Positions 1-10,595 of a stretch of 64,000 bases of DNA are shown here, piece by piece; position 1 is the first letter of the stretch; each line of letters begins with the position of its first letter. Origin of the DNA: a virus. Made by a program: the position numbers and the translations under genes. The notes beneath the pieces are model-generated. The model saw nothing but the letters and a program-made list of their open reading frames with translations, was not told the origin of the DNA and made no database searches. The stretch covers positions 37,835-101,834 of IMG/VR virus record IMGVR_UViG_3300032236_001457. One strand, 5' to 3'.

Positions 1-738
1 AATAGTAAACTCGCCAGGATTTCCAATATTAAAAGGACCTACTGTATCATCATCAGTGGCCATCAGTGCCATCATACCATCCAGTAAATCATCAACATAG
101 CAAAAACTACGAGTTTGGTGTCCGGAGCCATACATAGTGATATTCTGACCTTTTAATGCCTGAACAATAAAGTTACTGACCACTCGTCCATCTCCCTCGG
201 CCATTCTAGGTCCATAGGTGTTGAAGATACGCATGATTTTAGCTCTAACCAAATGAACACGATAGTAGTCCATAAACAGTGTTTCGGCAGCACGTTTACC
301 TTCGTCGTAGCAAGACCTAATACCAATTGGGTTAACATTACCCCAATATTCTTCAGGCTGTGGGTGAACGGAGGGATCACCATAGACCTCGCTAGTGCTG
401 GCTTGTAGGATTTTAGCACCAGTTCGTTTTGCCAGTCCGAGCAGGTTGTATGCTCCTAACACACTGGTCTTCATAGTTTGAATAGGGTCCCATTGATAAT
501 GGAATGGGCTGGCAGGACAAGCAAGATTATAAATCTCATCTACTTCCACATATAAAGGGAAGCATACATCTTGACGCATTACTTCAAAGTTTTTACGATC
601 TAACAGATGTTCAATATTCTTTTTGCTGCCTGTAAAGTAATTGTCGACACAGAGAACGTGATGTCCTTGGTTAACTAATCTGTCGCAGAGATGACTACCT
701 AAAAATCCGGCACCGCCGGTTACTAATATTTTCTTCAT
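1..738 (-). CDS. UDP-glucuronate decarboxylase (UDP-xylose synthase) family SDR, runs off left edge
   Basis: Manual translation from ATG at 738: [21 protein letters not shown]...YNLACPASP...[11 protein letters not shown]...[14 protein letters not shown]; not in ORF track because truncated. Confidence 0.85.
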   Translation of the reverse strand, partial: MKKILVTGGAGFLGSHLCDRLVNQGHHVLCVDNYFTGSKKNIEHLLDRKNFEVMRQDVCFPLYVEVDEIYNLACPASPFHYQWDPIQTMKTSVLGAYNLLGLAKRTGAKILQASTSEVYGDPSVHPQPEEYWGNVNPIGIRSCYDEGKRAAETLFMDYYRVHLVRAKIMRIFNTYGPRMAEGDGRVVSNFIVQALKGQNITMYGSGHQTRSFCYVDDLLDGMMALMATDDDTVGPFNIGNPGEFTI

Positions 739-1560
739 TTATACCTTCAATAAATTTGTTATATCATACATTTTTTTCATGTATGGTGATGGGTTATTTA
801 AAACACTGACTTCTAAATCACCTGCTCTTCTGGGCAAAACTTCGATGTCAAAATAACAGTCATTAACTGTTTTAAAAATTTCAACAATTTCCTTTACGCT
901 GTATCCATGCCCGTGTCCGAGATTTTCAATATCGCCGCTGGACTGTTTCACAGCAGTAACTAGTGCTTGGCAGATTTCGTTAACATGAACATAGTCTCTT
1001 ATACAAGTTCCGTCGGATGTATTATAGTCATCGCCATAGAGATTAAATGTTCCTGTTTCCCCGGCACGAATTAAATTATACATTAATCCATCGGGATTGG
1101 TTGGGGCACGACATTCACTACCTAGCACATTATAGAACCTGAATATAGTATGATTTTTTGGTTGATGTATTTTGCAAAACTCTGCTGTTACCTGTTCAGC
1201 GGCTCGTTTGCTCATCCCATAAACATTTTGTGGATTGCTAGCAACCCCGGTACTGGCCAATATAAAATTATCAGTTGTTACACGATTGAGAACATTTAGT
1301 GTGCCTTGAATATTCGTTGAATAATATCGAATCGGGCGTGATTCGCCTTCTCCTACTCTGACCTGTGCTGCTAGATGTATTACAGCATCAAACTGTTGTG
1401 GTATATGGAAATTTCCAACTATATCTACAGGATAAAAATCATGAACAGGAATAACTGGATCGACAATATCTAGTCCGTGGATTTCGTATTGTCCAGCCAT
1501 CATGTGGCATAGATGAGAACCGATGTATCCTGATGATCCTGTGATTAATACTTTCTTCAT
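739..1560 (-). CDS. galE: NAD-dependent epimerase/dehydratase, UDP-glucose 4-epimerase-like
   Basis: TGSSGYIGSH Rossmann motif, YGMSK, DGTCIRDYVHV, RRAGD. Confidence 0.8.
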   Translation of the reverse strand: MKKVLITGSSGYIGSHLCHMMAGQYEIHGLDIVDPVIPVHDFYPVDIVGNFHIPQQFDAVIHLAAQVRVGEGESRPIRYYSTNIQGTLNVLNRVTTDNFILASTGVASNPQNVYGMSKRAAEQVTAEFCKIHQPKNHTIFRFYNVLGSECRAPTNPDGLMYNLIRAGETGTFNLYGDDYNTSDGTCIRDYVHVNEICQALVTAVKQSSGDIENLGHGHGYSVKEIVEIFKTVNDCYFDIEVLPRRAGDLEVSVLNNPSPYMKKMYDITNLLKV

Positions 1561-2735
1561 TGTTTCATTAACATTACTAACATTTTAGCAGTTAATGGGC
1601 TCAATGTCCAACCTAAATGGCCATGTCCAGTATGATAATATACCTTGGGATTTTTCTTGCTACGTTTAACAATGGGCATCATGTTTGGTGTCATAGGACG
1701 CAGACATGCCCAACTGGTATAGTCGCTCGTATCGATATTGGGGAAGTTTGCATGGACCCATTTCAGTAGAGGAACGATTCTATCCTGTCGAATATCATAA
1801 TTCTCTCCGGCTAATTCTGCCGTGCCGGCTACACGAAACCTATTACCCAGTGTGCTGGTTACAATTTTTGCCTGATCATCTAACAAACTAACAGTAGGCA
1901 AATATTTAGGATCAACGTCATTAATTGTGATACTGTATCCTTTTACAGGGTAGATGGGCAAATCATCGCCAATACTACGGGCAAGTTTTACACTGCCTAC
2001 ACCATTGGCCATAACAATCTGATCATAATGATCTATAGTTTTAATATTGTCTATACTGTTGCCATAGAAAAACTGCACACGATATTTCTTAATTAGAATT
2101 TTTTCTAATTCGGCACAGAATTTATGTATGTCGCCTGTAAAGTCCGATGGTGTCCAAGCGCCACCTACGATGCCTTGAATATTTCCTAATGCTGGATCTA
2201 GAGACATTACTTGTTTTGTTTCTAACAAATTCCACTCACACCCATTTGATTCGTAAATGTCTTTGGACTTTATGGCGCTGTTCCAATAGGATTTATTTTT
2301 GTAGAAATGTAGAATTCCGCTGTTGCTCTGATCAAAATCTATACCTTCTTCCTTCATGATCTCACGATATAGATCTCTAGACTCTAGCCCCATTAAGATG
2401 GTTAATTCGGTATTACGACGATAACTGTTTGTAGCAGTATAGAATAAAAATCTAGCCAACCACTTGATTTTATCGGGATCTGATATTAAGCTATCTCGGC
2501 GAATTAGTAGGGGTGCATCTTTTTTACCCAGCCATTTGATACCTTTTAAAACATTACTCCAAGTAGTCCATACTTCGCTATTGCTTACTGAGATTTGTCC
2601 ACCATTTGCGAAACTGGTTTTACGAGCAGGCCCAGATTCTTCTTCATAAACGAATACGCTGTGTCCTGCTCGTGCGAGATAATAAGCAGCAGTAATACCA
2701 GCAATTCCAGCACCAATGACTGCTATTCTTTTCAT
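1557..2735 (-). CDS. dadA: FAD-dependent D-amino acid dehydrogenase (DadA-like)
   Basis: GAGIAG, TSFANGGQ, YPVKGYSIT, LRPMTP, GHGHLGWT motifs. Confidence 0.8.
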   Translation of the reverse strand: MKRIAVIGAGIAGITAAYYLARAGHSVFVYEEESGPARKTSFANGGQISVSNSEVWTTWSNVLKGIKWLGKKDAPLLIRRDSLISDPDKIKWLARFLFYTATNSYRRNTELTILMGLESRDLYREIMKEEGIDFDQSNSGILHFYKNKSYWNSAIKSKDIYESNGCEWNLLETKQVMSLDPALGNIQGIVGGAWTPSDFTGDIHKFCAELEKILIKKYRVQFFYGNSIDNIKTIDHYDQIVMANGVGSVKLARSIGDDLPIYPVKGYSITINDVDPKYLPTVSLLDDQAKIVTSTLGNRFRVAGTAELAGENYDIRQDRIVPLLKWVHANFPNIDTSDYTSWACLRPMTPNMMPIVKRSKKNPKVYYHTGHGHLGWTLSPLTAKMLVMLMKQ

Positions 2736-3400
2736 GATTTTTTATAATTCCCGCTGGCCAATACAATTTTACAAATATGTTCAAGGCGTTCAATATGCTC
2801 ATATGCTCGCCAGGGACTGCTATCGATTGCCACAACTCCGTGTCCTTTAATACCTACAATGTCGTATTTGATATGACCACTATAGGGATCAAGTTCTAAT
2901 TTTTCATGACATTGATCGGCCAGTTCTTGGCTAATAGGAGGGACATCACCTACATTAGGTGCTACTTTGGTATATCTACTTAGTTCGGGGAAATCAGTTG
3001 TAAGTTCATTTAGTTGAATACCGGCATGCATTGCTGCAACACAATAAGTAGGATGCAAGTGAACAACCACTCGCACATCATTGTTGTGTTGTCCTAAATT
3101 CTTCTGTAACCCAAAGTGTAAAGGAATTTCACCACTGGGTTTTAGACTAGAGCTGATGGCAGTATATTCCATTTCGCTCCAACTATATCCAAACTTATCA
3201 GACCCTACCGACTCCATTCCCCATTTATGAATTTTAATCTTTTTAAATTGGTCAGGCTGTAGAGTTTGTTTTCTTACGCCAGTAGGAGTAATATAAAAAT
3301 GATCTCTGTCATAATAACGAATACTGACATTAGAATCCCTACTGGTGCTCCAATTACGTTTATATCCTTCAATTAATACATCACAAATTGTTTCTAGCAT
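2732..3400 (-). CDS. class II aldolase/adducin family protein
   Basis: ITPTG, KPSGEIPLH, VVHLHP, GHGVV zinc-aldolase motifs. Confidence 0.8.
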   Translation of the reverse strand: MLETICDVLIEGYKRNWSTSRDSNVSIRYYDRDHFYITPTGVRKQTLQPDQFKKIKIHKWGMESVGSDKFGYSWSEMEYTAISSSLKPSGEIPLHFGLQKNLGQHNNDVRVVVHLHPTYCVAAMHAGIQLNELTTDFPELSRYTKVAPNVGDVPPISQELADQCHEKLELDPYSGHIKYDIVGIKGHGVVAIDSSPWRAYEHIERLEHICKIVLASGNYKKS

Positions 3401-3402
3401 AA

Positions 3403-3948
3403 TTAACCCTCGTAGATTGCAGAATTAGCACCGTGTTCAAATACCTCGGCGCTCTTAACCCTTACATTAGGATTAATAGGATATCGCATATTTCCGCTGG
3501 CCAACAATTCAGCCATCTTATCATAGCACATTTTAGCAAACATTTCGCATCCAACGCCTTCTACAATACGTAGATCGCATAGAGAGCCTCTTTGGTATGG
3601 CTCGAAATTATTTCTATCAACTTGCATTTCATCTGGGCCGGTTTCGGGCAAAGTCCAGTTTGTGTCAATTAATGCCATTTGTTTAAAAAATTCTAAATGA
3701 GGATCGTCATGGGCGATAACCAATGTGTGATCAAACATGTAGTCGGCCCAAGCCTTAAATGATTTTAGCCCGCCAAAATCCATACACCAGTTTTTGTCAT
3801 CCAGTGTTTCACATTCAAATACTAGCTTGATTCCGATACTGTATCCATGTAGTGTAGAACAGTGGCTATGACTAGCTCGCCACTGTCTAAAACAGCAGCT
3901 TAGTCCTCGATCATTCCCATAAGTCTTAACACTATAATATTTACTCAT
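3403..3948 (-). CDS. queD: 6-carboxytetrahydropterin synthase (QueD/PTPS family)
   Basis: SHCSTLHGY, MDFGGLK, FDH, EHGANSA. Confidence 0.85.
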   Translation of the reverse strand: MSKYYSVKTYGNDRGLSCCFRQWRASHSHCSTLHGYSIGIKLVFECETLDDKNWCMDFGGLKSFKAWADYMFDHTLVIAHDDPHLEFFKQMALIDTNWTLPETGPDEMQVDRNNFEPYQRGSLCDLRIVEGVGCEMFAKMCYDKMAELLASGNMRYPINPNVRVKSAEVFEHGANSAIYEG

Positions 3949-4573
3949 ATTTAAACCCTTCTTTTCCTTTAATAATCCAATTTTTTATTGTATCCCATCT
4001 GACATTGTATGCAATGCCTGCTTCTTTAAGTGTAGTATATTTTCCTTGAGGGGTACTAACCGATATTGCCCTGCCATTATTTCCACCTAATACTTTCTTA
4101 CTTTGGTCTGGGCGCTTTTTTCCAGACCAAAATTTATTAAATCCTGTTTCAAAATTTCTTATTGATGCGTCCTGCCTTGTATAGGTTTTGGTAGATTTTG
4201 TTGATATCACAGAATCTCTAATTTGAATTTTAGATTTATTAGAATGAGAATGGCCTTTAAATGGTGGAGATTTTGGTATAAAGTTTTCAACTGTAAAGTG
4301 TTGGTTCATAAATGACTTATGAGTCACAACATTCATTCGTCGTAACACTTTTGCTTCCCAACTATTCATCGCACCTTGTGTTCTAAAGATGCGTCGAATT
4401 TCCCATACAAATGAATGTACCCCATAATTTTTAATTTCTCGTTTAACTACTTTCGAACTTGTAAAATAATGAGTCCAAAAATCCTCTAACGGAGGTTTTT
4501 TACTAGTTCTTTTTCCATAATACACTTTTTCAGTTGTTAAACATTTTAATAGATATGTGTAGAAATACATCAA
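3941..4573 (-). CDS. GIY-YIG (Seg-like) homing endonuclease
   Basis: YFYTY...YYGKR, YFTSSK, NUMOD3-like FKGHSHS; TAAATA and GGAG upstream. Confidence 0.75.
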   Translation of the reverse strand: MMYFYTYLLKCLTTEKVYYGKRTSKKPPLEDFWTHYFTSSKVVKREIKNYGVHSFVWEIRRIFRTQGAMNSWEAKVLRRMNVVTHKSFMNQHFTVENFIPKSPPFKGHSHSNKSKIQIRDSVISTKSTKTYTRQDASIRNFETGFNKFWSGKKRPDQSKKVLGGNNGRAISVSTPQGKYTTLKEAGIAYNVRWDTIKNWIIKGKEGFKYE

Positions 4574-4611
4574 TATTCTCCTTTGATGTATTTACCACGA
4601 TCGTTCCGTTG

Positions 4612-4803
4612 CTATTTAAGTTCTTTAACTTCTTCTTTAACTATTTTCAATTCTTGTTTAATTTCATTGATCATTTGTAATTCTTGATCACTATACTTAA
4701 AAATATGATATATCACAATACCTAACCCTATCCAACTGCCTATACACCCTAATATTAAAATTAATATAATATGATTATTTTCCATAAAATTCTCCATAAG
4801 CAA
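4612..4803 (-). CDS. small membrane protein
   Basis: One hydrophobic helix plus coiled tail. Confidence 0.4.
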   Translation of the reverse strand: MLMENFMENNHIILILILGCIGSWIGLGIVIYHIFKYSDQELQMINEIKQELKIVKEEVKELK

Positions 4804-4841
4804 TTTATTTACTTGCTGTATGGAGAAAATTTTATCCAGAG

Positions 4842-5429
4842 TTATCGGTTAGCTACAATCTTATCACACAGACCGTATGCCAGTGCTGCTTCAGCTGACA
4901 TAAATGTATCTCGGTCCATATCGCGTTCAAAATCCTCAAAGGTTTTACCTGCTGTATTGTGTTTAACATACAGTTCGGTTAGTCGCTTTTTCCAGAACAT
5001 GATCTCGTTATAGGAGATTTCGATATCACTGGCCATGCCACGAGCACCTCCCGACGGCTGATGTATCATATGGCGACTATTGGGCAGCATGAATCTTTTG
5101 CCTGCTGTTCCGGCTTGTGCTAGAAAACTACCCATACTACAGGCCTGGCCCATAACATAAGTTGCTACATCGGGTTTAACGAACTGCATAACATCATAGA
5201 TACCCATACCGGCGGTAATTACACCACCGGGGCTATTGATATAAAAATGAATGTCCTTTTCGCTGTCAGAACTTTCTAAGTGTAGAATCTGTGCGATAAC
5301 CAAGTTGGCACTGTGATCATCTACAGGTCCATTTAGAAACACGATTCTTTCCGATAATAATCTAGAAAAAATATCAAACGCTCTCTCTCCGCTTCCTGTT
5401 TTTTCAATAACAATAGGAACTAAACTCAT
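4842..5429 (-). CDS. clpP: ATP-dependent Clp protease proteolytic subunit
   Basis: Start MSLVPIVIE at 5429; DIFSRLL, YINSPGG, ACSMG (Ser), MIHQP (His), MDRD (Asp). Confidence 0.95.
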   Translation of the reverse strand: MSLVPIVIEKTGSGERAFDIFSRLLSERIVFLNGPVDDHSANLVIAQILHLESSDSEKDIHFYINSPGGVITAGMGIYDVMQFVKPDVATYVMGQACSMGSFLAQAGTAGKRFMLPNSRHMIHQPSGGARGMASDIEISYNEIMFWKKRLTELYVKHNTAGKTFEDFERDMDRDTFMSAEAALAYGLCDKIVANR

Positions 5430-5494
5430 TGTGTTGCTGCCTTCTAAAAGAGTGTGTTGTAAAACATAAATAAGTATAACAAGGAAAACTGTAA

Positions 5495-6286
5495 ATGTCA
5501 ACTACTTCTGGAGTATATAAAATAACATTAAAAAATGATGGTAGAATTTATATTGGTAGTTCGGCAGGAATAGAGGACAGATGGAACTGGCACATTCGCA
5601 GACAGATCCAACTTATAGGTAAAATGATTGAAAAATATGGAAAAGAATCTTTTACCTTTGAAATTATTGAAGAAGTTGAACCTGTTAAAGAAAAATTAAT
5701 CGAACGAGAACAATTCTATCTTGATACATTACAGCCATTTCCTTGGGTTAATAACAACGGTTTTAATTTGGCGCCAACTGCCTATTCACCACTTGGAATT
5801 AAACGATCTGAAGAAACTAAAAAGAAAATGAGCAGTTCATGGCATAAATCAAGAAATACTGTTGAATATAAACAACAGGCAAGCGATAGAATTAAAGGTG
5901 ATAAAAATCCAGCAAAGCGCCCTGATGTAGCCGCTAAAATATCTAAATCTAGGCTTGGACAAACTTGGGCCAACGATGCTGATAGAGTTGAGAAGCATCG
6001 ACAGGCAAGACTAGGTAAAACTCATTCTATAGAAACTATAGAAAAAATGCGAATTTCTCAACAAAAAAACAAGACAAGATCTGATGCTGCTAAAGAAAAA
6101 TTCTATCTCTCGCAAAGAACATTATACGAAATAACCAAGCCCGATCAATCTACATTTCAAATTTATAGCCGAGAATTAAAAGAGTATTGTAAAAATAATA
6201 AACTACAATATTCTAATTTAATTACAACGGCCAAAACAGACAAAGTGTATAAGAAAGGTTGGAAGGCTCGAATATTAGTAGACTAA
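5495..6286 (+). CDS. GIY-YIG homing endonuclease with NUMOD3-type repeats
   Basis: SGVYKI...IYIGSS..R, EREQ, GFN; [14 protein letters not shown] and [14 protein letters not shown]. Confidence 0.85.
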   Translation: MSTTSGVYKITLKNDGRIYIGSSAGIEDRWNWHIRRQIQLIGKMIEKYGKESFTFEIIEEVEPVKEKLIEREQFYLDTLQPFPWVNNNGFNLAPTAYSPLGIKRSEETKKKMSSSWHKSRNTVEYKQQASDRIKGDKNPAKRPDVAAKISKSRLGQTWANDADRVEKHRQARLGKTHSIETIEKMRISQQKNKTRSDAAKEKFYLSQRTLYEITKPDQSTFQIYSRELKEYCKNNKLQYSNLITTAKTDKVYKKGWKARILVD

Positions 6287-6726
6287 TCTACTTTTTGATA
6301 AGTTTGTGCGAAGATATCTTTCTTTACTACGCCATAATCATTAGGGCCATGACGAACAATAACATCTTTGCCTGGATTATAGTGTAGCTTTTCTCCCCAG
6401 CTTGTGTCAACAGTTCCAACGTGATCTGCCAGTTTAGCTACTTTGATAATCTTTTTTGGAGTGCAGATACCATATCCATGATCATCTTTGAGTTCTTTGA
6501 ATTTTTCTGGACTAATTGGATATTTTTCTCCCTTTGGACCAGTCATAATGTAGTAACCCGCAGGATATTTTACAGGACCTTCTAGGGTATCAATAGTTCC
6601 TGGTTCAGTGGCAATGTTATAGTGTTCTTTGGCTGGCTTTTTATAAGTTTCGAATCCACCGTGTTTAAACCAATCATCGGTGATATTATCCAATGATTCC
6701 ACAATATTAATAAATTCTCTAATCAT
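6283..6726 (-). CDS. hypothetical protein with duplicated PGDYG-like module
   Basis: Two similar halves (TIDTLEG...GEKYPI / TVDTSWG...DYGVVKKDIF). Confidence 0.5.
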   Translation of the reverse strand: MIREFINIVESLDNITDDWFKHGGFETYKKPAKEHYNIATEPGTIDTLEGPVKYPAGYYIMTGPKGEKYPISPEKFKELKDDHGYGICTPKKIIKVAKLADHVGTVDTSWGEKLHYNPGKDVIVRHGPNDYGVVKKDIFAQTYQKVD

Positions 6727-7121
6727 TTTACTACCTTTAAGTTAGATAATCCCGCAATCATTTTAAATTGTTCCCAAGCCGTGCGGGCAGCTGGGTTCTC
6801 ATCCAATTCCTCATCCACTAGCACAACTTCCCGCCAATGATAGTAGGGCGATCTTGGTTGAGCACCAAACTTACGAGGTTGATGTATTTTACCATCATGC
6901 CATAGTTGGCAGATTACTGCGCGAACTTCATCCTCACGCCCTCGCAATCCGGCCCATGGTCCTTGATGTTCGTAAGCATAACCGAGCCAAATGTTATCCC
7001 ATTGATCGTCCAGTGTAGGATCAAAGTGAGTTCTGGTGATTAAGACCTGAACATCTTCGGGGTCTACACGACCTTCTACAATGTCCTTTACGCAACGACT
7101 CAGGGAATAACCAATTTTCAT
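6723..7121 (-). CDS. hypothetical protein
   Basis: Coupled ORF in operon. Confidence 0.6.
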   Translation of the reverse strand: MKIGYSLSRCVKDIVEGRVDPEDVQVLITRTHFDPTLDDQWDNIWLGYAYEHQGPWAGLRGREDEVRAVICQLWHDGKIHQPRKFGAQPRSPYYHWREVVLVDEELDENPAARTAWEQFKMIAGLSNLKVVK

Positions 7122-7597
7122 TAGACTACCTGATGTTTATCTACAACCTGTTGAATAACTTTCGCTACCAATTGATTAAGTGTGATGTCCTGTTCGTGAG
7201 CCAAGCTCATTAGACGGAACATTTCGACTTCACCCAGTTCTAGTGGAATACTAACACGAGTATCATAGTCTCGACCTGCCACAATGGCTTCAGCCTTTTC
7301 TAACCAATCTGCTTCATCTTCCAAATCTGTCCATTCAACATCATCCCAGGCTTGTTTATCAAGATCCTTACGATGATCTGGGTGGGTATACCGGTAAGCA
7401 CGACTGTTTTTATAGTCGCAGGCTTGGACACAATAGACTGTTTGATCTTGTGTATTGAAGATCACACAGAGGCTATGGCCATCTTGATCGCCGTTCCAAC
7501 TGTCCAGACTGTAGGCACCGGGCTCAAATCCATACCAATCACTACCTTCTGAAATACGATAGTTAACAGTTTCCATGAATTGTTTCAGTGTAATCAT
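7121..7597 (-). CDS. hypothetical protein with C-terminal ribbon-helix-helix-like segment
   Basis: LAHEQDITLNQLV resembles HicB-like RHH tail. Confidence 0.5.
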   Translation of the reverse strand: MITLKQFMETVNYRISEGSDWYGFEPGAYSLDSWNGDQDGHSLCVIFNTQDQTVYCVQACDYKNSRAYRYTHPDHRKDLDKQAWDDVEWTDLEDEADWLEKAEAIVAGRDYDTRVSIPLELGEVEMFRLMSLAHEQDITLNQLVAKVIQQVVDKHQVV

Positions 7598-7806
7598 TTC
7601 CGGTCCTCTTCGTTAATTGTTTCACTATTATAAATGACGGTGCCGTCTGTGTCAAGAACTTCGTATACCAGAGGTTCTGGGCCCAATGCGGATCTCAAGG
7701 AGGAGATGGCCTGTTCGGCTACGATTCTTCCTTGGGATCCAGGTTTGAATGCCACAATGAGCCATTCAAGAGCCTCCAGGGCTTCTCGCATGGCCTCTGT
7801 GCTCAT
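7594..7806 (-). CDS. hypothetical protein
   Basis: ATGA-coupled ORF. Confidence 0.5.
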   Translation of the reverse strand: MSTEAMREALEALEWLIVAFKPGSQGRIVAEQAISSLRSALGPEPLVYEVLDTDGTVIYNSETINEEDRK

Positions 7807-7973
7807 AGATCGAATTCGGAATCGTTTGGACCTTTTTTAATCTTAGCAGGTGGTTTTTGTTCACTGGCAATAATAGCATTGATCATAGCTCGTTTATAAT
7901 CGGCACGACGATCAGCGGGCATTAGGGCCATTACAGTTTTATATTGTTTAGGGAATTTTACTACTCGTTTCAT
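7803..7973 (-). CDS. small hypothetical protein (56 aa, MKRVVKFPKQY...)
   Basis: Manual translation; fills gap, coupled to neighbours. Confidence 0.5.
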   Translation of the reverse strand: MKRVVKFPKQYKTVMALMPADRRADYKRAMINAIIASEQKPPAKIKKGPNDSEFDL

Positions 7974-8144
7974 TTTATTTTACTCCAAAATGTTTTTTAA
8001 TTAGATCGGTGGCGTGGTATGGTTCGGCGGTTTCGGCTATGCGAGCGCATTCTGCTACGGCAAGTTCGATTAGTCGTTCCAATCTATCTTGTTCGTATGT
8101 TGAACTAAATCCTGCCAGTTTGATTAGTTGTTGAATATTTGTGT

Positions 8145-8879
8145 TCATTTTTTGTTGTTTATAAAAATTCCTCTCCAAGAGAGATCTAAAAACTTTGATA
8201 AATTAACATTGGATTCTTTTTCTGTGTGAAAAGGTTCTACATTTTCCTCAGAAAAATAATTCTTTAAATCTCGTAAATTGTCGGTTTTAGGATGAGCCCA
8301 CAAGTGTTTTTTAAAATCTACAGTTTCTTCTGTTATGCCGTCAGGTAGTTCAACATCTACAAGAAATTCGTCGGTTGTATTTTGAGATGGATCCACAGGC
8401 ACAATTGGCCAAGATTTCATCTTTGCATCAAACACACAAAATTTACTATTGAATTTTAATTTTTTTCGTATATTTTTAATAATTGTTTTGGTATCTATGG
8501 TATGTTGCAATGCCCAGACGGCAATACCTACAGTGAAATAATTATCAGGAAGCCGAGAGAATTCCGCATTATTGATGGCTGTGAAATTTGAATGATTAAC
8601 ATATTTGGTTGCATATTCCAACATTTTAGATTGAAAGTCTACACCTATTACTTTACAATTAAATTCTTCAATAATAGGTTTTGCTAACCTTCCTATGCCA
8701 CACCCCCAATCTAGCACAACACTGTCTTCGTTAAAGAGATTGGTCTCGCGAAAATATTTCATTGTCCATTTGGTTTCTGTTTCCCATTGATCGGGAATAG
8801 AATCATCCGTTAGTATTATTTTTTTAGCATGTTCAATATCAGTTGGCTCAAAAAAATCGTAATTGTATTTTACTAACAT
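8145..8879 (-). CDS. class I SAM-dependent methyltransferase
   Basis: VLDWGCGIGRL, GVD, WALQH. Confidence 0.8.
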   Translation of the reverse strand: MLVKYNYDFFEPTDIEHAKKIILTDDSIPDQWETETKWTMKYFRETNLFNEDSVVLDWGCGIGRLAKPIIEEFNCKVIGVDFQSKMLEYATKYVNHSNFTAINNAEFSRLPDNYFTVGIAVWALQHTIDTKTIIKNIRKKLKFNSKFCVFDAKMKSWPIVPVDPSQNTTDEFLVDVELPDGITEETVDFKKHLWAHPKTDNLRDLKNYFSEENVEPFHTEKESNVNLSKFLDLSWRGIFINNKK

Positions 8880-9120
8880 AAAACTCCAAAATGTTTAGAT
8901 ATGCGACTCATAGCCTGTTTCAATGCTCTGTTATGTGCCCGGTATAATCCTTCTATGGATTCATCATGAGGATCAGGTTCAATCAGGTCATCAACGCAGT
9001 TAATACATTCCTTTACTAATAATTCGGCAAACTTTTCCAAACTGAACTGACGAGTATGTAAACCAGTTTGCCCGGGTATATGTATCATTGCTTCTTCTGC
9101 CAATCTTTCAAATTGTTCGT

Positions 9121-9462
9121 TCATCGGCAGACCTCTATAGTAGCATCGGGTTCATTCCAGCAGGCATTACGGTATTCATAAACAAACCGCCAAAGATTAT
9201 CGTAATTACCCCAACCATTCTCTGGATTATGTTGTTTGAAACGATCGGGCTCACTCAGTAGTATGTTCCAACCTTCGTCCAGCAATTCCGCAATATCTTT
9301 AGCATAAACCAATTCATGTTCATCGGGTCGCCATAACACATCGTATAGTGTTAGTCCATTAGACAATTTAACTTCGGAAGCCATCTTACACAAGTTATGA
9401 GTAATGTTGTTGTCATAGACTCTTACAGGTTTGGTCACATTTAAGGATACGGTTAAACTCAT
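9121..9462 (-). CDS. hypothetical phage protein
   Basis: NITHNL, NPENGWG; coupled on both sides. Confidence 0.6.
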   Translation of the reverse strand: MSLTVSLNVTKPVRVYDNNITHNLCKMASEVKLSNGLTLYDVLWRPDEHELVYAKDIAELLDEGWNILLSEPDRFKQHNPENGWGNYDNLWRFVYEYRNACWNEPDATIEVCR

Positions 9463-9566
9463 TCTTCAATTCCTACTGATTTACATTTGTGGAATGGCAT
9501 AATTCGACCAAGCCATCCAATCAGTTCACCGCAATTTTGGCAACAGTATGATGGGTATTTCTTCAT
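9459..9566 (-). CDS. 35-aa Cys-rich mini-protein
   Basis: MKKYPSYCCQNCGELIGWLGRIMPFHKCKSVGIEE, ATGA overlaps at both ends. Confidence 0.55.
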   Translation of the reverse strand: MKKYPSYCCQNCGELIGWLGRIMPFHKCKSVGIEE

Positions 9567-9747
9567 TCTTCAACACCAAAATGTTCTTTGAGATAATCTA
9601 CATTGTCGCCGCGGTGAAACGCAACATCGATACATTCTCTCACCATCAACTCGGCGAACTTTTTACACTCGGGCATATCCCAATGACCAAATCCAAACAT
9701 ATCCGCTTTATATCCAGCCTGTTCGGCAAGTTGTTCAATTCGTTCGT

Positions 9748-10059
9748 TCATTCGTCAACTCCATACTTCTTGTTTAGTTTTTTAATCTCTGCTCGGAGAT
9801 TTCGTTTCTCATATTCAGCCCAACCAAGTTGCTCCTGCATATCCCGCATTTGTTGAGCAAAGTCACGATCAGCAGGTGAGAGTTCTTCTTCTGCTCGTAG
9901 AATAAACTTACCATTTTCCCAATCAAATCCATTCTGAGCACTTTTAACAGCGACCATAGGAATCGCACCAACTGTAGAGTAGGGCAGTTTAATGGCAATC
10001 ATTACTTCATTCTCATCGCGGACATGTTCCAGTATGCGTTTGAGTTCGCTAACTTTCAT
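9748..10059 (-). CDS. hypothetical protein (MKVSEL...), ends KYGVDE
   Basis: Coupled ORF sharing the family C-terminus. Confidence 0.6.
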   Translation of the reverse strand: MKVSELKRILEHVRDENEVMIAIKLPYSTVGAIPMVAVKSAQNGFDWENGKFILRAEEELSPADRDFAQQMRDMQEQLGWAEYEKRNLRAEIKKLNKKYGVDE

Positions 10060-10267
10060 TCTTCAACTCCAAAATGTTCTAGAATCTGTAGGCTACAATG
10101 TTGTCTGCTTCTAACATCATCACCGGGGCTGGGACGACTTTCACATATTAGAGCACATTCCCGCACAATCAACTCGGCGAACTTCTCAGCAAACTTTCCA
10201 TAAGTTGAAAACTGGTCGTTGACAATGACCATTCCAGCCTGTTCGGCAAGTTCTTTAATTCGTTCGT

Positions 10268-10381
10268 TCATGGTTTACCCCATATTGCTTCTAATACTGT
10301 ATTAAGAGATACATTCAATATCCTTGAGATTACTTCTATTTGGAATCCTTCTTTATACATCTCTCTGATTTCATCCTTCAT
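10268..10381 (-). CDS. 37-aa helix-turn-helix-like mini-protein
   Basis: MKDEIREMYKEGFQIEVISRILNVSLNTVLEAIWGKP, ATGA-coupled. Confidence 0.5.
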   Translation of the reverse strand: MKDEIREMYKEGFQIEVISRILNVSLNTVLEAIWGKP

Positions 10382-10595
10382 TCTTCAACTCCGAAATGTT
10401 CTAGTTTCTCGTTTAAGAGATTCCAACTGACGCTACCAACTATGAACATATCACGGCAAATCTCAATCTGTTCTTTCGCAATCAACTCGGCGAACTTTTC
10501 TAATTCATCGTAGCCTACAGTAGTGGCAGGTTTACTGCCAAACCAAAAACACTCTTCTGCTCTAGCCTGCTCTAAAAGTTGTTCAATTCGTTCGT

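Noticed and set aside
153-419. 88-aa ORF in ORF track
   Set aside because: Out-of-frame overlap inside the UDP-glucuronate decarboxylase gene (1-738)
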